DNA of 64,000 bases from Candidatus Vogelbacteria bacterium (lineage in GTDB: Bacteria > Patescibacteriota > Minisyncoccia > Phycocordibacterales > XYD1-FULL-46-19). The notes beneath the pieces are model-generated. The model made no database searches, had not been told where the DNA came from, and saw only the letters and a program-made list of their open reading frames with translations. The DNA lies in contig CAIRHC010000007.1 in assembly GCA_903878275.1 (NCBI GenBank), positions 78,482-142,481 on the forward strand, given 5' to 3'. Made by a program: the position numbers and the translations under genes. This document shows positions 26,443-37,090 of this stretch, piece by piece. The first letter of the stretch is position 1. Each line of letters opens with the position of its first letter.

Positions 26443-27624
26443 TTACTCAACCGCGGATACAAATTTCGGGTTGATGCCGTTGAAAACTTTGCGGTCTTGA
26501 TAAAGGACGCGACCAACACCGGCGAGATCGACTTCGTTGAGCTGGGCACCAGCTGCTAATTTTGCCCAAACGTGGGGAATCGCAAATCTGGTGGCGTGGC
26601 CGCCGAGTTTGATTTCGGTCAGCATATCGCCGTCGCTTTGAGGAACGAAAACATCGCAGATATTGTCTGTCCCGATTTGGATGGGCACTTTTTGTTTGAT
26701 CAGCTCCAAAACTCGAGCGATACTGTTGTGCGTCGGCGAAAGATTTGGTCGGAGTTGACGCATTGAGATTGCCGCCGTCGGGCAAATGATGACCCCGATG
26801 TGATATTCCAAGAGGGAATTGATCAATCGAGCAAAACGCTCTTCGTTGTAGCACGACGGCGAGATCATATGGATTACCCAAATGGTCGGTCCGGGGTGAT
26901 TGGGAATTTTGGGCTGGTCAAACCAACGCAAACCCTCAATCAATTTTTCCGTGCCATTTTCCCTTGGATCGTTGGCTTGATCTAAGTGAATATGAACCTC
27001 TTTTTTTAGGTCGCAACCAAGCTCAATGACTTTACGTAAATGTCGACAGAAACCGATTTTGCCGTGACGCAGACTAGTATCAGTGTAGTCATCTTTTTCT
27101 GGTAACACTGAAAGAAAGTCGGCGTGTTTAGCGGCTTCGGCAAATATTTCCCAACGCCCACTGTCTTCTTTGAAACCAAATATCGGATTGGGAGCAATTT
27201 GGATCGTGATATCTTCGGCAAATTGGGCTTTAATTTCCATTGCGACACGCAAGGCGAGTAGTCCGTTTTCGCCAATATCTCCGGTCGTGTCGATGCAGGT
27301 GGCGAGCCGGGTGGTGCCGTAGCCAATCATTCTTTCTACTACACTGGTCATTCGTGTGCGCAAGTCGGCTTCAGAGTAAGCCAAACCGCGATGCAAATCG
27401 CCAGTTAAGCTTTGTTTGACCGACAAGGGCAAACTGCTGGCTTCTAGTGGGGTAGTGTTTATGTGACGCAGGTATTCGTCTGCCAATGTGTCCGCTCGAT
27501 CCAAATGAGCGTGGGCATTGTTGAATCCACCGTGAGCGCGCACGGCTTCCAAGAGTATTTTGTCGTACGGCGACAATGATCTCGGAACGAGCAATTCCTT
27601 TTTTAAAGGTGCTTTATTAAACAT
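26443..27624 (-). CDS. amidohydrolase-superfamily protein (cytosine-deaminase-like)
   Basis: HAHLD metal-binding motif; start set at the internal ATG preceded by AAGGAG; locally GC-richer. Confidence 0.6.
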   Translation of the reverse strand: MFNKAPLKKELLVPRSLSPYDKILLEAVRAHGGFNNAHAHLDRADTLADEYLRHINTTPLEASSLPLSVKQSLTGDLHRGLAYSEADLRTRMTSVVERMIGYGTTRLATCIDTTGDIGENGLLALRVAMEIKAQFAEDITIQIAPNPIFGFKEDSGRWEIFAEAAKHADFLSVLPEKDDYTDTSLRHGKIGFCRHLRKVIELGCDLKKEVHIHLDQANDPRENGTEKLIEGLRWFDQPKIPNHPGPTIWVIHMISPSCYNEERFARLINSLLEYHIGVIICPTAAISMRQLRPNLSPTHNSIARVLELIKQKVPIQIGTDNICDVFVPQSDGDMLTEIKLGGHATRFAIPHVWAKLAAGAQLNEVDLAGVGRVLYQDRKVFNGINPKFVSAVE

Positions 27625-27848
27625 CAGAAATCTCCTTTTCTGTTTATGGTTAAGGTTCCACGGTAATTGTGGCACCGTACAAAAGAGGTGTCAATTAATT
27701 TTTTAAACCCGCCATTTTCTGGAAAACCTGTGGAAAACTTGTTGGTAACTCGGGATAAGTTTTGTCTGGTTTTTTATTTCGTCCGGTTTATAATGGTCAC
27801 ATTACTAGATAATTAAAAATAATCGATTATTAATTAACTTAAATAAAT

Positions 27849-28766
27849 ATGAATAAAATAAAAATATTATTGCTGGTCTTTGTTTTGCTTGGGGTTAGTC
27901 AGGTGGCTTTGGCTGAAGATACTTCGGTTGTGCCGCCAGCAATGCCTGAAGTGGTGGTGCCACAAGTGGCAAATGAAATCGTGCCAGCTGGTTTGGATAA
28001 AGAAAATCGTTTGGAAAAAATTAAAATTGTTGGTGCTCGTTTGATTGCTGATCGCGTCAATGAGTTGAATAAGTTGGCAAATAAAATTAAAAAAGATAAG
28101 AGCGCTGTGGCAGCAAGTTCGACTTTGGTTGCTCGAATTGAAACCCAAAAAACTAGCTTGGTCGCTTTGGGTGATCAAATTAAGGCGGGGACCGAAGCTA
28201 GCTCGACCAAAGCTTTGGTCAAAACTATTTTAACTGATTATCGAATCTTTGCTGTGTTTATTCCGCAAGTTCATTATTTGAGAGCGATTGATACTCTGAC
28301 GAATCACATAAACAATTTGACTGGAAAATTTGTTAAAGTTCAAACGAATATTGATGCCGCGAAGGCTAAGGGTCAAGATGTCACTGCTCGACAAGCCTCT
28401 TTAGACAAAGCCAAGACAGCTTTGGTGGAAGTTAATGCTAGTTTGGTGGCTTTACGAGCAAAAGCTGATGGTCTTAAACCAGCTGATTATCCGGTGACAA
28501 GCAAAGCGGTTTTTGTGGAATTAAAAGCGGGGATTAAAGATGTGCAGGTTAAAATAAAGACTGTTCGGCAGTCTATCTGGCCAAGTCTTATCGCTAAAGT
28601 AAAAGCGGAAATTAAATTAGAAAACAAGGTAGAAAAGAAAGAGGCAAAAAAGATTGAAAGAGAAAACGCTAGTACGACCGGGACGACGACCGGATTGTCG
28701 AGCCCCTTAAAACAAAAAGAAGAGAAGAAAAATGGTAGTCCTTTGATGCGTCTGTTTGGACGATAG
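27849..28766 (+). CDS. secreted alpha-helical/coiled-coil protein of unknown function
   Basis: signal peptide; Lys/Ala-rich. Confidence 0.5.
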   Translation: MNKIKILLLVFVLLGVSQVALAEDTSVVPPAMPEVVVPQVANEIVPAGLDKENRLEKIKIVGARLIADRVNELNKLANKIKKDKSAVAASSTLVARIETQKTSLVALGDQIKAGTEASSTKALVKTILTDYRIFAVFIPQVHYLRAIDTLTNHINNLTGKFVKVQTNIDAAKAKGQDVTARQASLDKAKTALVEVNASLVALRAKADGLKPADYPVTSKAVFVELKAGIKDVQVKIKTVRQSIWPSLIAKVKAEIKLENKVEKKEAKKIERENASTTGTTTGLSSPLKQKEEKKNGSPLMRLFGR

Positions 28767-28785
28767 AAGATAATTGATAGGATAA

Positions 28786-28815
28786 AAAATACCGCCCCGC
28801 TTGTAGCGGGGCGGT
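28786..28815. terminator. bidirectional terminator taccgccccgc-ttgt-agcggggcggta
   Basis: ACCGCCC-type stem between convergent genes. Confidence 0.65.
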
Positions 28816-28833
28816 ATTTTATTTCTAAATTTT

Positions 28834-30540
28834 TTAATCAAAAACGCAATTTTTGTCGGTCAGTTTTTTGCCCAGCAGTTCATAAGTTTTTTGGCACAGA
28901 CTAATTAAGCTTGTTTTCTTGTGAAAGACGTGATCTTCGCCTGGATATTTAATTAGTTGGATATCTTGATCTTTACCTTTTGTTCGTAGCTCTTTAAATA
29001 AATAGTCCGCTTGGCTTGGTGAAACCGTCTTGTCTGCCTCGGCTTGGGCGATCATTATTTTTTGAGTCGTTAAGTTTTTGATTCGTTCATCGATAGCTGC
29101 TTGATAAAAGAGGTCGCTGTTTTCTTCTTGTACTGTTCCGCCAAATTGGACATTAAAAATAGAATTTTCCAGTTTGTTTAAAAGAACGTCCCAAGCGGTG
29201 ACACCGTTTATCGACAAAGCTCCACCAAAAGATTTCGGTTCTTCGACAATGGTTCGCAGGGCGAGATAACCACCATAACTATTACCCGATAAATAAGTTT
29301 GGCTGATTGAGTACTTTGATTTCAAAGTTTTTTGAGCTTCTAGCACGTCAGCGACATCACCTTTGCCGACATTTTTTGTAATTGATTCGGCGAAAGCTCG
29401 TCCGAAACCATAACTGCCACGATAATCAAGTTTGAGCACCGTCACGCCACTTTTGACCAAATCGTTAAGCATCCAATCATAAACCGCATAACTCAAATAC
29501 GAATGATAAAGCCAGCTGGCTTGGCGGTATGGTCCGCCGTGAAGCCAAATCAAAAGCGGTTGTTTGGCGGTTTTGGCAAATTTACTGGAACGCAAAACTA
29601 CGCCGTGTAAATTGCCCGTAGTAAATAAAGTGCTGGTCACCTCTGAATCTTTTGATGGATTGGCGACAATGTCTTTGAAATATTTTAATTTACCAGATGG
29701 CATGTTATAGATGACTGGGACAACCGAGTTGTTAATTATTTTAAGGTAAATTAAGTTGCCACTTTCTTTTTTTACTCTTTGATTGTAAGACAGATCGTCG
29801 TCAATCTTGGTTAATTTTTTTGTCACAAGATTAAATTTGTATAATGAAAAACGGTAAGGGTTGTCACGATTTGCGACAAAGACGATATTGTCATCATCTA
29901 AAAATTGAAAATCAGCCACCGAATAATTTTTGGCAAATAATTTTGTCCCGGGTAATGGTTTTTTGCTAAGCGGATCTAAATTGACTAGGTACAAAGTCGG
30001 GTAATTATCTTTGTCGTCCAAATAAAGTAAACGTTTTTCGTTTGGTGAAAAATCAAATAAACGTAATTCTTCGGTCAACAAATCCCAGTAGGCGGTTTTG
30101 GCGCTCAAACTGTATTTTTTTGGTGGGTCGGTTTTTAAATCAAGAAGAACGTGAGTTCTGGTCGTGGTTTTTCCGATGGTCGCTGGTTCGTAATAGGCGA
30201 GAAATTTTTTATGCAGAGACAGTGTCAATCTGGTGGCATTGCTTCGGTCGAAGTTTATGTCGCTAATTTTTTCGGTTAACGGTATATCTTTGTCGTTGAA
30301 AAAACTGGAAATTTCTTTTGGCGTCGCCACACCGAGGTTTTGGCAACTTAAACTAAAAGTATCACACAGGTAATTTGAAGAAATTTCTAGCCCACCATAT
30401 TGAACCAAGACCGAGCGGTTTCGGACTTCTAAAATTTTGGCGTATTTTAGCTCGGCGCCAAAAACATTTTGGTGAGGAATTAAAAATAATATTAATAAAA
30501 AAAACGACAAATAAAAAAAGCGAGATTTAAATTTAAACAT
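28834..30540 (-). CDS. S9-family serine peptidase (prolyl oligopeptidase/DPP-like) with N-terminal signal peptide
   Basis: GNSYGGY nucleophile elbow; alpha/beta-hydrolase C-domain. Confidence 0.75.
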   Translation of the reverse strand: MFKFKSRFFYLSFFLLILFLIPHQNVFGAELKYAKILEVRNRSVLVQYGGLEISSNYLCDTFSLSCQNLGVATPKEISSFFNDKDIPLTEKISDINFDRSNATRLTLSLHKKFLAYYEPATIGKTTTRTHVLLDLKTDPPKKYSLSAKTAYWDLLTEELRLFDFSPNEKRLLYLDDKDNYPTLYLVNLDPLSKKPLPGTKLFAKNYSVADFQFLDDDNIVFVANRDNPYRFSLYKFNLVTKKLTKIDDDLSYNQRVKKESGNLIYLKIINNSVVPVIYNMPSGKLKYFKDIVANPSKDSEVTSTLFTTGNLHGVVLRSSKFAKTAKQPLLIWLHGGPYRQASWLYHSYLSYAVYDWMLNDLVKSGVTVLKLDYRGSYGFGRAFAESITKNVGKGDVADVLEAQKTLKSKYSISQTYLSGNSYGGYLALRTIVEEPKSFGGALSINGVTAWDVLLNKLENSIFNVQFGGTVQEENSDLFYQAAIDERIKNLTTQKIMIAQAEADKTVSPSQADYLFKELRTKGKDQDIQLIKYPGEDHVFHKKTSLISLCQKTYELLGKKLTDKNCVFD

Positions 30541-30761
30541 AATTAGATTTTAACACTTTTAAGTGGCGAGAAAAACTATTTATCCTTGGGCGAACTTTTT
30601 TGTTGAAGGCAAAAAAGTTTTAGTCCTTTTTCTTGATGTATTCTTTGTAGTACCAGTAAGGGAAAGTAATGATGAAGATAAACTTATGCCAGTCCATATT
30701 TTTAAGTATAGCAAATTTATCAGAGCTTTCAAAAGTAAATAGTAAGTGGTAAATTTAAGTA

Positions 30762-31244
30762 ATGACAAAGATCGTAAAAATTGAGCCCTGTCTTTTTGAT
30801 ACCTATTTGCAGGTGATAAAAAATAGTGTGGGCTCGAAAATGTTTCGAAATTTTTATGCCAAAGTAAATGGTAAGAAAAAAGATGTTTTGAATGATGGCG
30901 ATTTAGCCTGTGCTTTTTACGTCTCATCGATTTTGGTGCAGTTTGGTTTGATAAAAAAAGTTCACTGCACGGTCGGTGGTACTGTTTTTGATTTAGAACA
31001 AAGCGGTTGGCGGAAAATAACTAAACCAAAAGTCGGAGCGGTGTTGGTCTGGGCGGAAAAATTTGGCACAGACGGTGAAGTGCACAAGCACATCGGTTTT
31101 TATTTGGGCAACAGTGAAGCGGTGAGTAACGATTCAAAAAAACGTCAGATTGCCAAGCATCATTTTACTTATGGCGAGCCGGGGAGTCGGCAGTTTCGAC
31201 TGATTTTAGAAATTTGGGAAAATCCGAATTTTGTGTTAAAATAA
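30762..31244 (+). CDS. hypothetical protein, possible NlpC/P60-like papain-fold hydrolase
   Basis: Cys (DLACAFY) followed by His (HIGFYLGN) in NlpC/P60-like spacing; weak. Confidence 0.4.
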   Translation: MTKIVKIEPCLFDTYLQVIKNSVGSKMFRNFYAKVNGKKKDVLNDGDLACAFYVSSILVQFGLIKKVHCTVGGTVFDLEQSGWRKITKPKVGAVLVWAEKFGTDGEVHKHIGFYLGNSEAVSNDSKKRQIAKHHFTYGEPGSRQFRLILEIWENPNFVLK

Positions 31245-31277
31245 CTCTCGTTAAGTTGGTTACTTTTTCTCAATAAT

Positions 31278-33236
31278 ATGGCGAAAAATAAAGATAAAAA
31301 AGAGCCGAAATTACCTTTCGGTCAAAATAAGATTGTTCGACAATTTGGCAGCCAGATTTTGCTGGCGGTTTTGATTTTGATGATTTTTGTTGGACTTTAT
31401 TCTTTGGCGACGGAAAAGAAAGACAACACGCCAATCGTGCCTTTGTCGCAAGTGGCGAGCGAGGTGATAAGTGGTCAGGTGGCGAAAATCAGTGTTCAAG
31501 GTGAAGATTTGACCGTTACGTTGAAAGATAAAAAAATACAAAACGCGAAAAAGGAAGTCGAAAATTCTTTGTCGCAATCTTTGGTCAACTATGGCGTGAC
31601 ACCAGAAAAATTGAGTGCGGTGTCGATTGAAATTTCCAATTCTTATGGTGCGAGTTTTTGGCTATTAAATATTTTGCCGATTCTCTTGCCGATTATTTTC
31701 GTCTTATTTTTATTTTGGTATATTTCGCGTCAGGTCAAAGGGGCGAGCGTGCAAGCTTTTACTTTTGGACAATCTCGAGCCCGTTTGATTGATCCGAACG
31801 ATACGAAGCAACGAGTGACCTTTAAAGATGTCGCCGGTGTCAAAGAAGCCAAAGAAGAATTGACCGAGATTGTAGATTTCTTAAAAAATCCCAAAAAGTT
31901 TTTAGATATCGGTGCGCGAATTCCCAAAGGTGTGCTGCTGATGGGAGCGCCGGGTACTGGCAAGACCTTGTTGGCTCGGGCGGTGGCTGGTGAAGCGCAA
32001 GTGCCGTTTATGTATTTGTCGGGTTCAGAATTTGTTGAAATGTTTGTCGGTGTCGGTGCTTCTCGGGTGCGTGATTTATTTAATATGGCAAAAAAATCGG
32101 CACCATCAATTATTTTTATTGATGAGATCGACGCAATCGGTCGCCATCGTGGTTCGGGTATGGGTGGTGGCAACGACGAGCGCGAACAAACTCTCAATCA
32201 GATTTTAGTGGAAATGGATGGTTTTGAACCGTCAGAAAAAGTGATTATTATGGCGGCGACCAATCGACCGGACGTGCTTGATCCGGCGCTTCTTCGACCC
32301 GGCCGTTTTGATCGTCGCGTGATGCTTGATCAGCCCGACAAAAAAGATCGCGAAGAAATTTTAAATATTCATTCTGGTAAAAAACCACTTGGTCCGGATG
32401 TAAATATGACCGTCATTGCCGAACGCACTCCCGGTTTTTCTGGTGCTGATTTGGCAAATTTAATGAACGAAGCGGCGATTCTGGCGGCGCGCGAAAATCG
32501 TACCGAGCTGACACAATACGATTTGTTGCGTTCGGTGGAAAAAGTAATGCTCGGACCAGAACGAAAAAGTCACATTCTTTCGACTCGCGAGAAAAAAATT
32601 ACCGCTTATCACGAAATGGGTCACGCCCTCGTGTCGTCACTGCTTGAATTTGCCGATCCGGTACATAAAGTTTCTATTATTGCTCGTGGTAACGCTGCTG
32701 GTTATACTTTGAAACTGCCCTTTGAAGATCGTCGTTTGCAGTCGCGTCGAGAATTTTTGGCAGATCTGGCGATGTCACTCGGTGGTTATGTCGCCGAAAA
32801 AATGATTTTCAATGATGTGACGACTGGTGCCTCAAATGATATCCAAGTGTCCACGGCTCTGGCACGTGATATGGTGACAAAATATGGAATGAGTGAAGAA
32901 ATTGGTCCGGTGGCACTCGATGGCACGTCGCGCGTCAATATTATGACTGGTGTGATGAGCGAACACGGCATTTCCGAAAAAACCTCATCGATTGTCGACG
33001 AAGAAGTGGCGAAACTTTTGACCGGCGCCTTAAATCAAGCTGAAGAATTATTGAAAGCTCATAAACCGGCACTTGATAAAATGACCGAAGAATTGGTAAA
33101 AGTGGAAACGCTCGAACGTGAAGATTTCGAAAAACTTTTGATTTTAAATGGCATCAAGCCAAAAGTAAAACCGGAGTTGGTTGGAAAAGAAGGTGGTATT
33201 TTTGCCCCGGGTTTAGATGGGGTGGAGGTGGTTTAA
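31278..33236 (+). CDS. ftsH: ATP-dependent zinc metalloprotease FtsH
   Basis: GAPGTGKT Walker A, HEMGHA zinc motif. Confidence 0.92.
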   Translation: MAKNKDKKEPKLPFGQNKIVRQFGSQILLAVLILMIFVGLYSLATEKKDNTPIVPLSQVASEVISGQVAKISVQGEDLTVTLKDKKIQNAKKEVENSLSQSLVNYGVTPEKLSAVSIEISNSYGASFWLLNILPILLPIIFVLFLFWYISRQVKGASVQAFTFGQSRARLIDPNDTKQRVTFKDVAGVKEAKEELTEIVDFLKNPKKFLDIGARIPKGVLLMGAPGTGKTLLARAVAGEAQVPFMYLSGSEFVEMFVGVGASRVRDLFNMAKKSAPSIIFIDEIDAIGRHRGSGMGGGNDEREQTLNQILVEMDGFEPSEKVIIMAATNRPDVLDPALLRPGRFDRRVMLDQPDKKDREEILNIHSGKKPLGPDVNMTVIAERTPGFSGADLANLMNEAAILAARENRTELTQYDLLRSVEKVMLGPERKSHILSTREKKITAYHEMGHALVSSLLEFADPVHKVSIIARGNAAGYTLKLPFEDRRLQSRREFLADLAMSLGGYVAEKMIFNDVTTGASNDIQVSTALARDMVTKYGMSEEIGPVALDGTSRVNIMTGVMSEHGISEKTSSIVDEEVAKLLTGALNQAEELLKAHKPALDKMTEELVKVETLEREDFEKLLILNGIKPKVKPELVGKEGGIFAPGLDGVEVV

Positions 33237-33302
33237 AACACAAATTATTTATTTTAACTTTGTGGGCAGGTTGTTTTTCAGATATTTACAACAACACTCC
33301 AT

Positions 33303-33343
33303 AATAATACTGCCGGCTTTTTAGACAAAAAAGCCGGCAGTAT
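33303..33343. terminator. bidirectional terminator aatactgccggcttttt..aaaaagccggcagtatt
   Basis: hairpin between convergent genes. Confidence 0.65.
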
Positions 33344-33360
33344 TATTGCTAATGAAACTT

Positions 33361-34689
33361 CTAGATATTTGGATTGTAACAAAACGGTGCACCATTTGGG
33401 CTATTTTTACAAATATCAGTTCCCCGGCAACAAAAATTATCCCCAGTATATTCTCCGGTGCCTGAACAAAAAACTGGTGCATCAACTGGACAAAACTCTT
33501 TTTTGGGTGGTGAACAGTAAATGGCTTCTGTTTTCGCTTTCTTATCTATCTTACAGCCATCTTTCGTCGGACAACAAACCGCTGTGCCATTATTTTTTCC
33601 GCAAATAACGTTATTTGGTGGTGCGCATGGTGGCGAGCAAACACCCATCGTGTATGGGAAAAGAACGGGCCAAACCCCAACCTCAAACGTTTTTATCGAA
33701 CAGATGTCACCCTTGTGACAACAAATCGCTCGGTCAGTATCCTTACCACACAGTTCTTCGTCCGGTAAACATTGTTTGTTGTTACACCGAAAGGTGCACG
33801 CCCCAAAGTTCTTTACCTCTTGATAAGGTTTCGGTCGACAGCAAAAACCATTTTTTTTAGGATCAGTTTCAGATTCAACATAATTACCAGGGCAACGTCC
33901 TGATTTGTTGGCATTATTTATGCCACGCCAAGCAGTATTGAGTACCCCTGAAGGATAGCCACCTATTTTGTCTGATGAGGCAACTTGAAGTGACGAACCA
34001 TTATTTGAATTGACAGTACAAACTGGAAAGACACAGGAACGTCTTCCCGTAGAAGCGTTTGGTAGACATTTGCCTCCAACACTTCTGATTACTCCACCAG
34101 CAGAGAGTGGCCCGGTATATTGACACTCTTTGTTGGTCACACATTCAGAACAACCACCATCGACACAGTATGGACTAGAACCTCCACAAGTCTTCACTGT
34201 TCCTGCGGGCAAAACACTGTCGTAAGCTGTGTAGTTGGCAAATGTTTTTTTCACTATTTTTCCTCTTGGATCCGTTGCGGTTATGGTGGTATTCCTACAC
34301 TGTAAGTAGATACCTGTACCACCACCGGAGTCACCGTTCATTGTCTCCCAGCAAGACGTCTTATCTCCACCGGGATAGGGAGACGGACCTTGCACTTCGG
34401 AAACCAATCGATAAAAATCTCCGTTTGGGGAACCCGTAAAGACCGAATATTCTAGTGTTTCGGGTTGATTCAGTGTGGGGTCTGGCCAGGCTTCTCTATC
34501 TACCAAACAAGGACAACCAACTAGGTTTTTTTGATAACTTGGGTCTTTGTATTCAAAACTGTTACGAGGACAGGATCTTAACGGCGGTGATATTGTAGAA
34601 GCATTTACTGATGATAGATTTGGAAGCCAGAAAGAGAGAAATAGAAAACTTAGCAAAAAATACAAGTGAAAAGTTTTTTTATTAGCCAT
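33361..34689 (-). CDS. secreted cysteine-rich protein
   Basis: signal peptide; C-terminal half with >40 Cys in CC/CxxC patterns. Confidence 0.6.
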   Translation of the reverse strand: MANKKTFHLYFLLSFLFLSFWLPNLSSVNASTISPPLRSCPRNSFEYKDPSYQKNLVGCPCLVDREAWPDPTLNQPETLEYSVFTGSPNGDFYRLVSEVQGPSPYPGGDKTSCWETMNGDSGGGTGIYLQCRNTTITATDPRGKIVKKTFANYTAYDSVLPAGTVKTCGGSSPYCVDGGCSECVTNKECQYTGPLSAGGVIRSVGGKCLPNASTGRRSCVFPVCTVNSNNGSSLQVASSDKIGGYPSGVLNTAWRGINNANKSGRCPGNYVESETDPKKNGFCCRPKPYQEVKNFGACTFRCNNKQCLPDEELCGKDTDRAICCHKGDICSIKTFEVGVWPVLFPYTMGVCSPPCAPPNNVICGKNNGTAVCCPTKDGCKIDKKAKTEAIYCSPPKKEFCPVDAPVFCSGTGEYTGDNFCCRGTDICKNSPNGAPFCYNPNI

Positions 34690-34697
34690 AATTAACA

Positions 34698-36653
34698 TTA
34701 TTTTTTAACTGATGGTACAATCGAGCAAACCGGTGTGCCATGATTTTTTTCGACGACGATCTTACTATTAACACCTTGGATACTTGGCAAAATGAAATTT
34801 TCTGGTGGCGTGGTAAAAACATTTTGCTGGTTGTATTGCTCAATTGACGAAAATAGTAATCGATTGCTGTTATCGTAAACTGAAATGTAATAATAATCTT
34901 CCCCGATCGTAGGTAGGGGGGAATTTTTCTGATCAATGAAAATTGGTAGCTCCGTCTCTGTCGTTGCCGGCTGAATCAAGGCCGAATCACAAGTTATTTT
35001 CGGGTTGCCATCTGTATCGTAAGTATAGGTTGTTTGAAAATATACTTTATTAGTGCGAGAAATTCCCGACGAGTCCTCGTATAAATTAACTGTCATCGGG
35101 TTTGAAGCGCAAATGTTTTGATCGCTGGCCAAGCAGATTTTTAATTGGTATTGTCCGGCGGGGATTGCTTTGTCGGTGATTTGTTCCCCGTAATTCTCTT
35201 TATTTCTGATAAAAACATTAATTGCCGTATTGTTAGAAGTTAAGGCGTCAACGTTTTTTATTGTGGTAGCCATTATGTTTTTGGCAATTACGTAGTCTTG
35301 GTTACCGTTATTTAAAATCAGTTTATAATGATTGAAAGAATCTAATCCGGTAGTTTCCCATTCAAGACTAAATGGTTGCCAGCGCTCAAAAGAATTGGCG
35401 CCACTGATGGCTGTCAACTTGGTAATTTTAATTTTAGGGACGATACTCCATCTGTCGTAAGTGCCCGAGAAGTCATTAAGGTTTCGATAGCTAATGTTGT
35501 TGTGATAAGGAGCATTGCCGACTACAAAATTATTTCTTTTACTAGTCCAAAACCCGCCGTTGCGACTATCTAAGAAAGAATAAGCTTGCCATGGGTGAAA
35601 GAAGCCACTAATTTCGCTAGTGTTTATGGTGGTATTTTCTGGAATCAAATTATCATTTCTTGTCCATGGAGACGAAACGCCTTTTACTGTGCTTTGGACA
35701 AAGACGGTGGCAGCTGGGGAATTTGGGAAATAACCCCAAAGATAAGATTTATAATTGGGAAATTCATTTGCTGGTTGGTTGATGTTTGGGTAGATAATGT
35801 TTTGTCCGGCGGTCGGGACAAAATTTGGGGGGACTTGATTGTTAGCAACGAGATTGCTGGTGCGGTTGATCCACGTCGGTGGAGTAGTGACAGGGTTGTA
35901 GATAAATACTGTTAAATTATTATTTCTGGTGTCAGTTCCCCAGAGGTGGATGCGATAATTTTTTAGGTCGTTGCTTAGCAGGACATAGTAGCCCGTGATT
36001 GGACGAAACCATTCTGGAATGCCAGGACCATCATAATTACCAAGAGTATTGCCGTAGTCGACGGTAGTTTGTGTCTGATTAACCCATTTGTTTAAGCCGG
36101 AATTAAAATTGAACAAACGCAAATTGTTTCCAACATCATATCCCCACAATTGGACAATGTATTTACTAATGTCTGTATCGCTAAATGCCGGCCAATAATA
36201 AGCGGTGAGTGGTTTAATATTTGCCGGGAGTAATCCGCTGGTGTTTGGCTGATCGGCACTTATGGCTGGGCCGAGCGAAGAGGTCTCATTACACCATTGT
36301 TTACTTTTTGTTGAATAAGTGAAGAAACTTAATACCGACGAACTATTGGCGTAACCCCAATACCAGAGTTTATAATGGTGATCGTTTATCTCACTACTAC
36401 TGTCTGGGCCATCAGGGATTAGGACGCTCGCTTTTATTTCAAAAACGCTGGGCAATTCGGATGAACACGTGGGTGCTTTTAGCGGAGCTTTTGCGACGAC
36501 GACAATTCCGACTGCCGCGAGTTGTTGTGTTGCCCAATTTGTAACCGAAGGTAAAGCAAGAGAAATCGACAAAGAAAAAAATACAACGACAAAACAAGCT
36601 AAAAGAATAAAGTAAGATTTACTAAAACGTTCCCAGCTTAAATTTTGTTTCAT
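34698..36653 (-). CDS. secreted protein with four Y(K/R)x.LWGY..N repeats
   Basis: 651 aa, N-terminal TM/signal; co-directional with the downstream Cys-rich gene. Confidence 0.6.
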   Translation of the reverse strand: MKQNLSWERFSKSYFILLACFVVVFFSLSISLALPSVTNWATQQLAAVGIVVVAKAPLKAPTCSSELPSVFEIKASVLIPDGPDSSSEINDHHYKLWYWGYANSSSVLSFFTYSTKSKQWCNETSSLGPAISADQPNTSGLLPANIKPLTAYYWPAFSDTDISKYIVQLWGYDVGNNLRLFNFNSGLNKWVNQTQTTVDYGNTLGNYDGPGIPEWFRPITGYYVLLSNDLKNYRIHLWGTDTRNNNLTVFIYNPVTTPPTWINRTSNLVANNQVPPNFVPTAGQNIIYPNINQPANEFPNYKSYLWGYFPNSPAATVFVQSTVKGVSSPWTRNDNLIPENTTINTSEISGFFHPWQAYSFLDSRNGGFWTSKRNNFVVGNAPYHNNISYRNLNDFSGTYDRWSIVPKIKITKLTAISGANSFERWQPFSLEWETTGLDSFNHYKLILNNGNQDYVIAKNIMATTIKNVDALTSNNTAINVFIRNKENYGEQITDKAIPAGQYQLKICLASDQNICASNPMTVNLYEDSSGISRTNKVYFQTTYTYDTDGNPKITCDSALIQPATTETELPIFIDQKNSPLPTIGEDYYYISVYDNSNRLLFSSIEQYNQQNVFTTPPENFILPSIQGVNSKIVVEKNHGTPVCSIVPSVKK

Positions 36654-36799
36654 AAATAATATTTGTTGAGGTTTTAGCTTGATCTAATTTTATACCTGAT
36701 CGTGACTAAAAGCAAAAATATTTTTTGACAATGATCGGTGTATAAGTTAAAAATAAAGTGGAATTTGAGATATTTGGTTTAAACGGAAAGGAGAGCGGA

Positions 36800-36904
36800 A
36801 ATGTTGTCGTATTTTGTGGTTGCCGTTTCGTGTTTTGTCGGCGGTTTTATTCTTGGCATTTTAGCTACGCTGTTGGTTATTGCGGCCGAAAGTGATAGCT
36901 AAAA
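36800..36904 (+). CDS. small hydrophobic peptide (~34 aa)
   Basis: AAAGGAGAG RBS 7 nt upstream; single TM; followed by terminator hairpin agtttgggcga..tcgcccaaactgctttttt. Confidence 0.4.
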
Positions 36905-37009
36905 TAATTGTGTTTAGCAGTTTGGGCGAAGTGTCGCCCAAACTGCTTTTTTGCAAAAAATTTAAATTGAAAAACTTAGTTTTTTAGGTTATATTTAATT
37001 ACGGTCGTT

Positions 37010-37082
37010 GCGCCTGTAGCTCAGTTGGTAGAGCGACGAGCTTATACCTCGTTGGTCCTAGGTTCGAGTCCTAGCAGGCGCA
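37010..37082 (+). tRNA. tRNA-Ile with anticodon UAU
   Basis: cloverleaf parsed by hand: acceptor gcgcctg/caggcgc, T-arm ctagg-ttcgagt-cctag, anticodon stem acgag/ctcgt, loop cttatac. Confidence 0.75.
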
Positions 37083-37090
37083 CACAAAGT

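Noticed and set aside
26443-27675. Full 410-aa amidohydrolase ORF from the first ATG
   Set aside because: The internal ATG at 27624 is preceded by a canonical AAGGAG RBS. The upstream 17 codons have none, so the shorter start was chosen.
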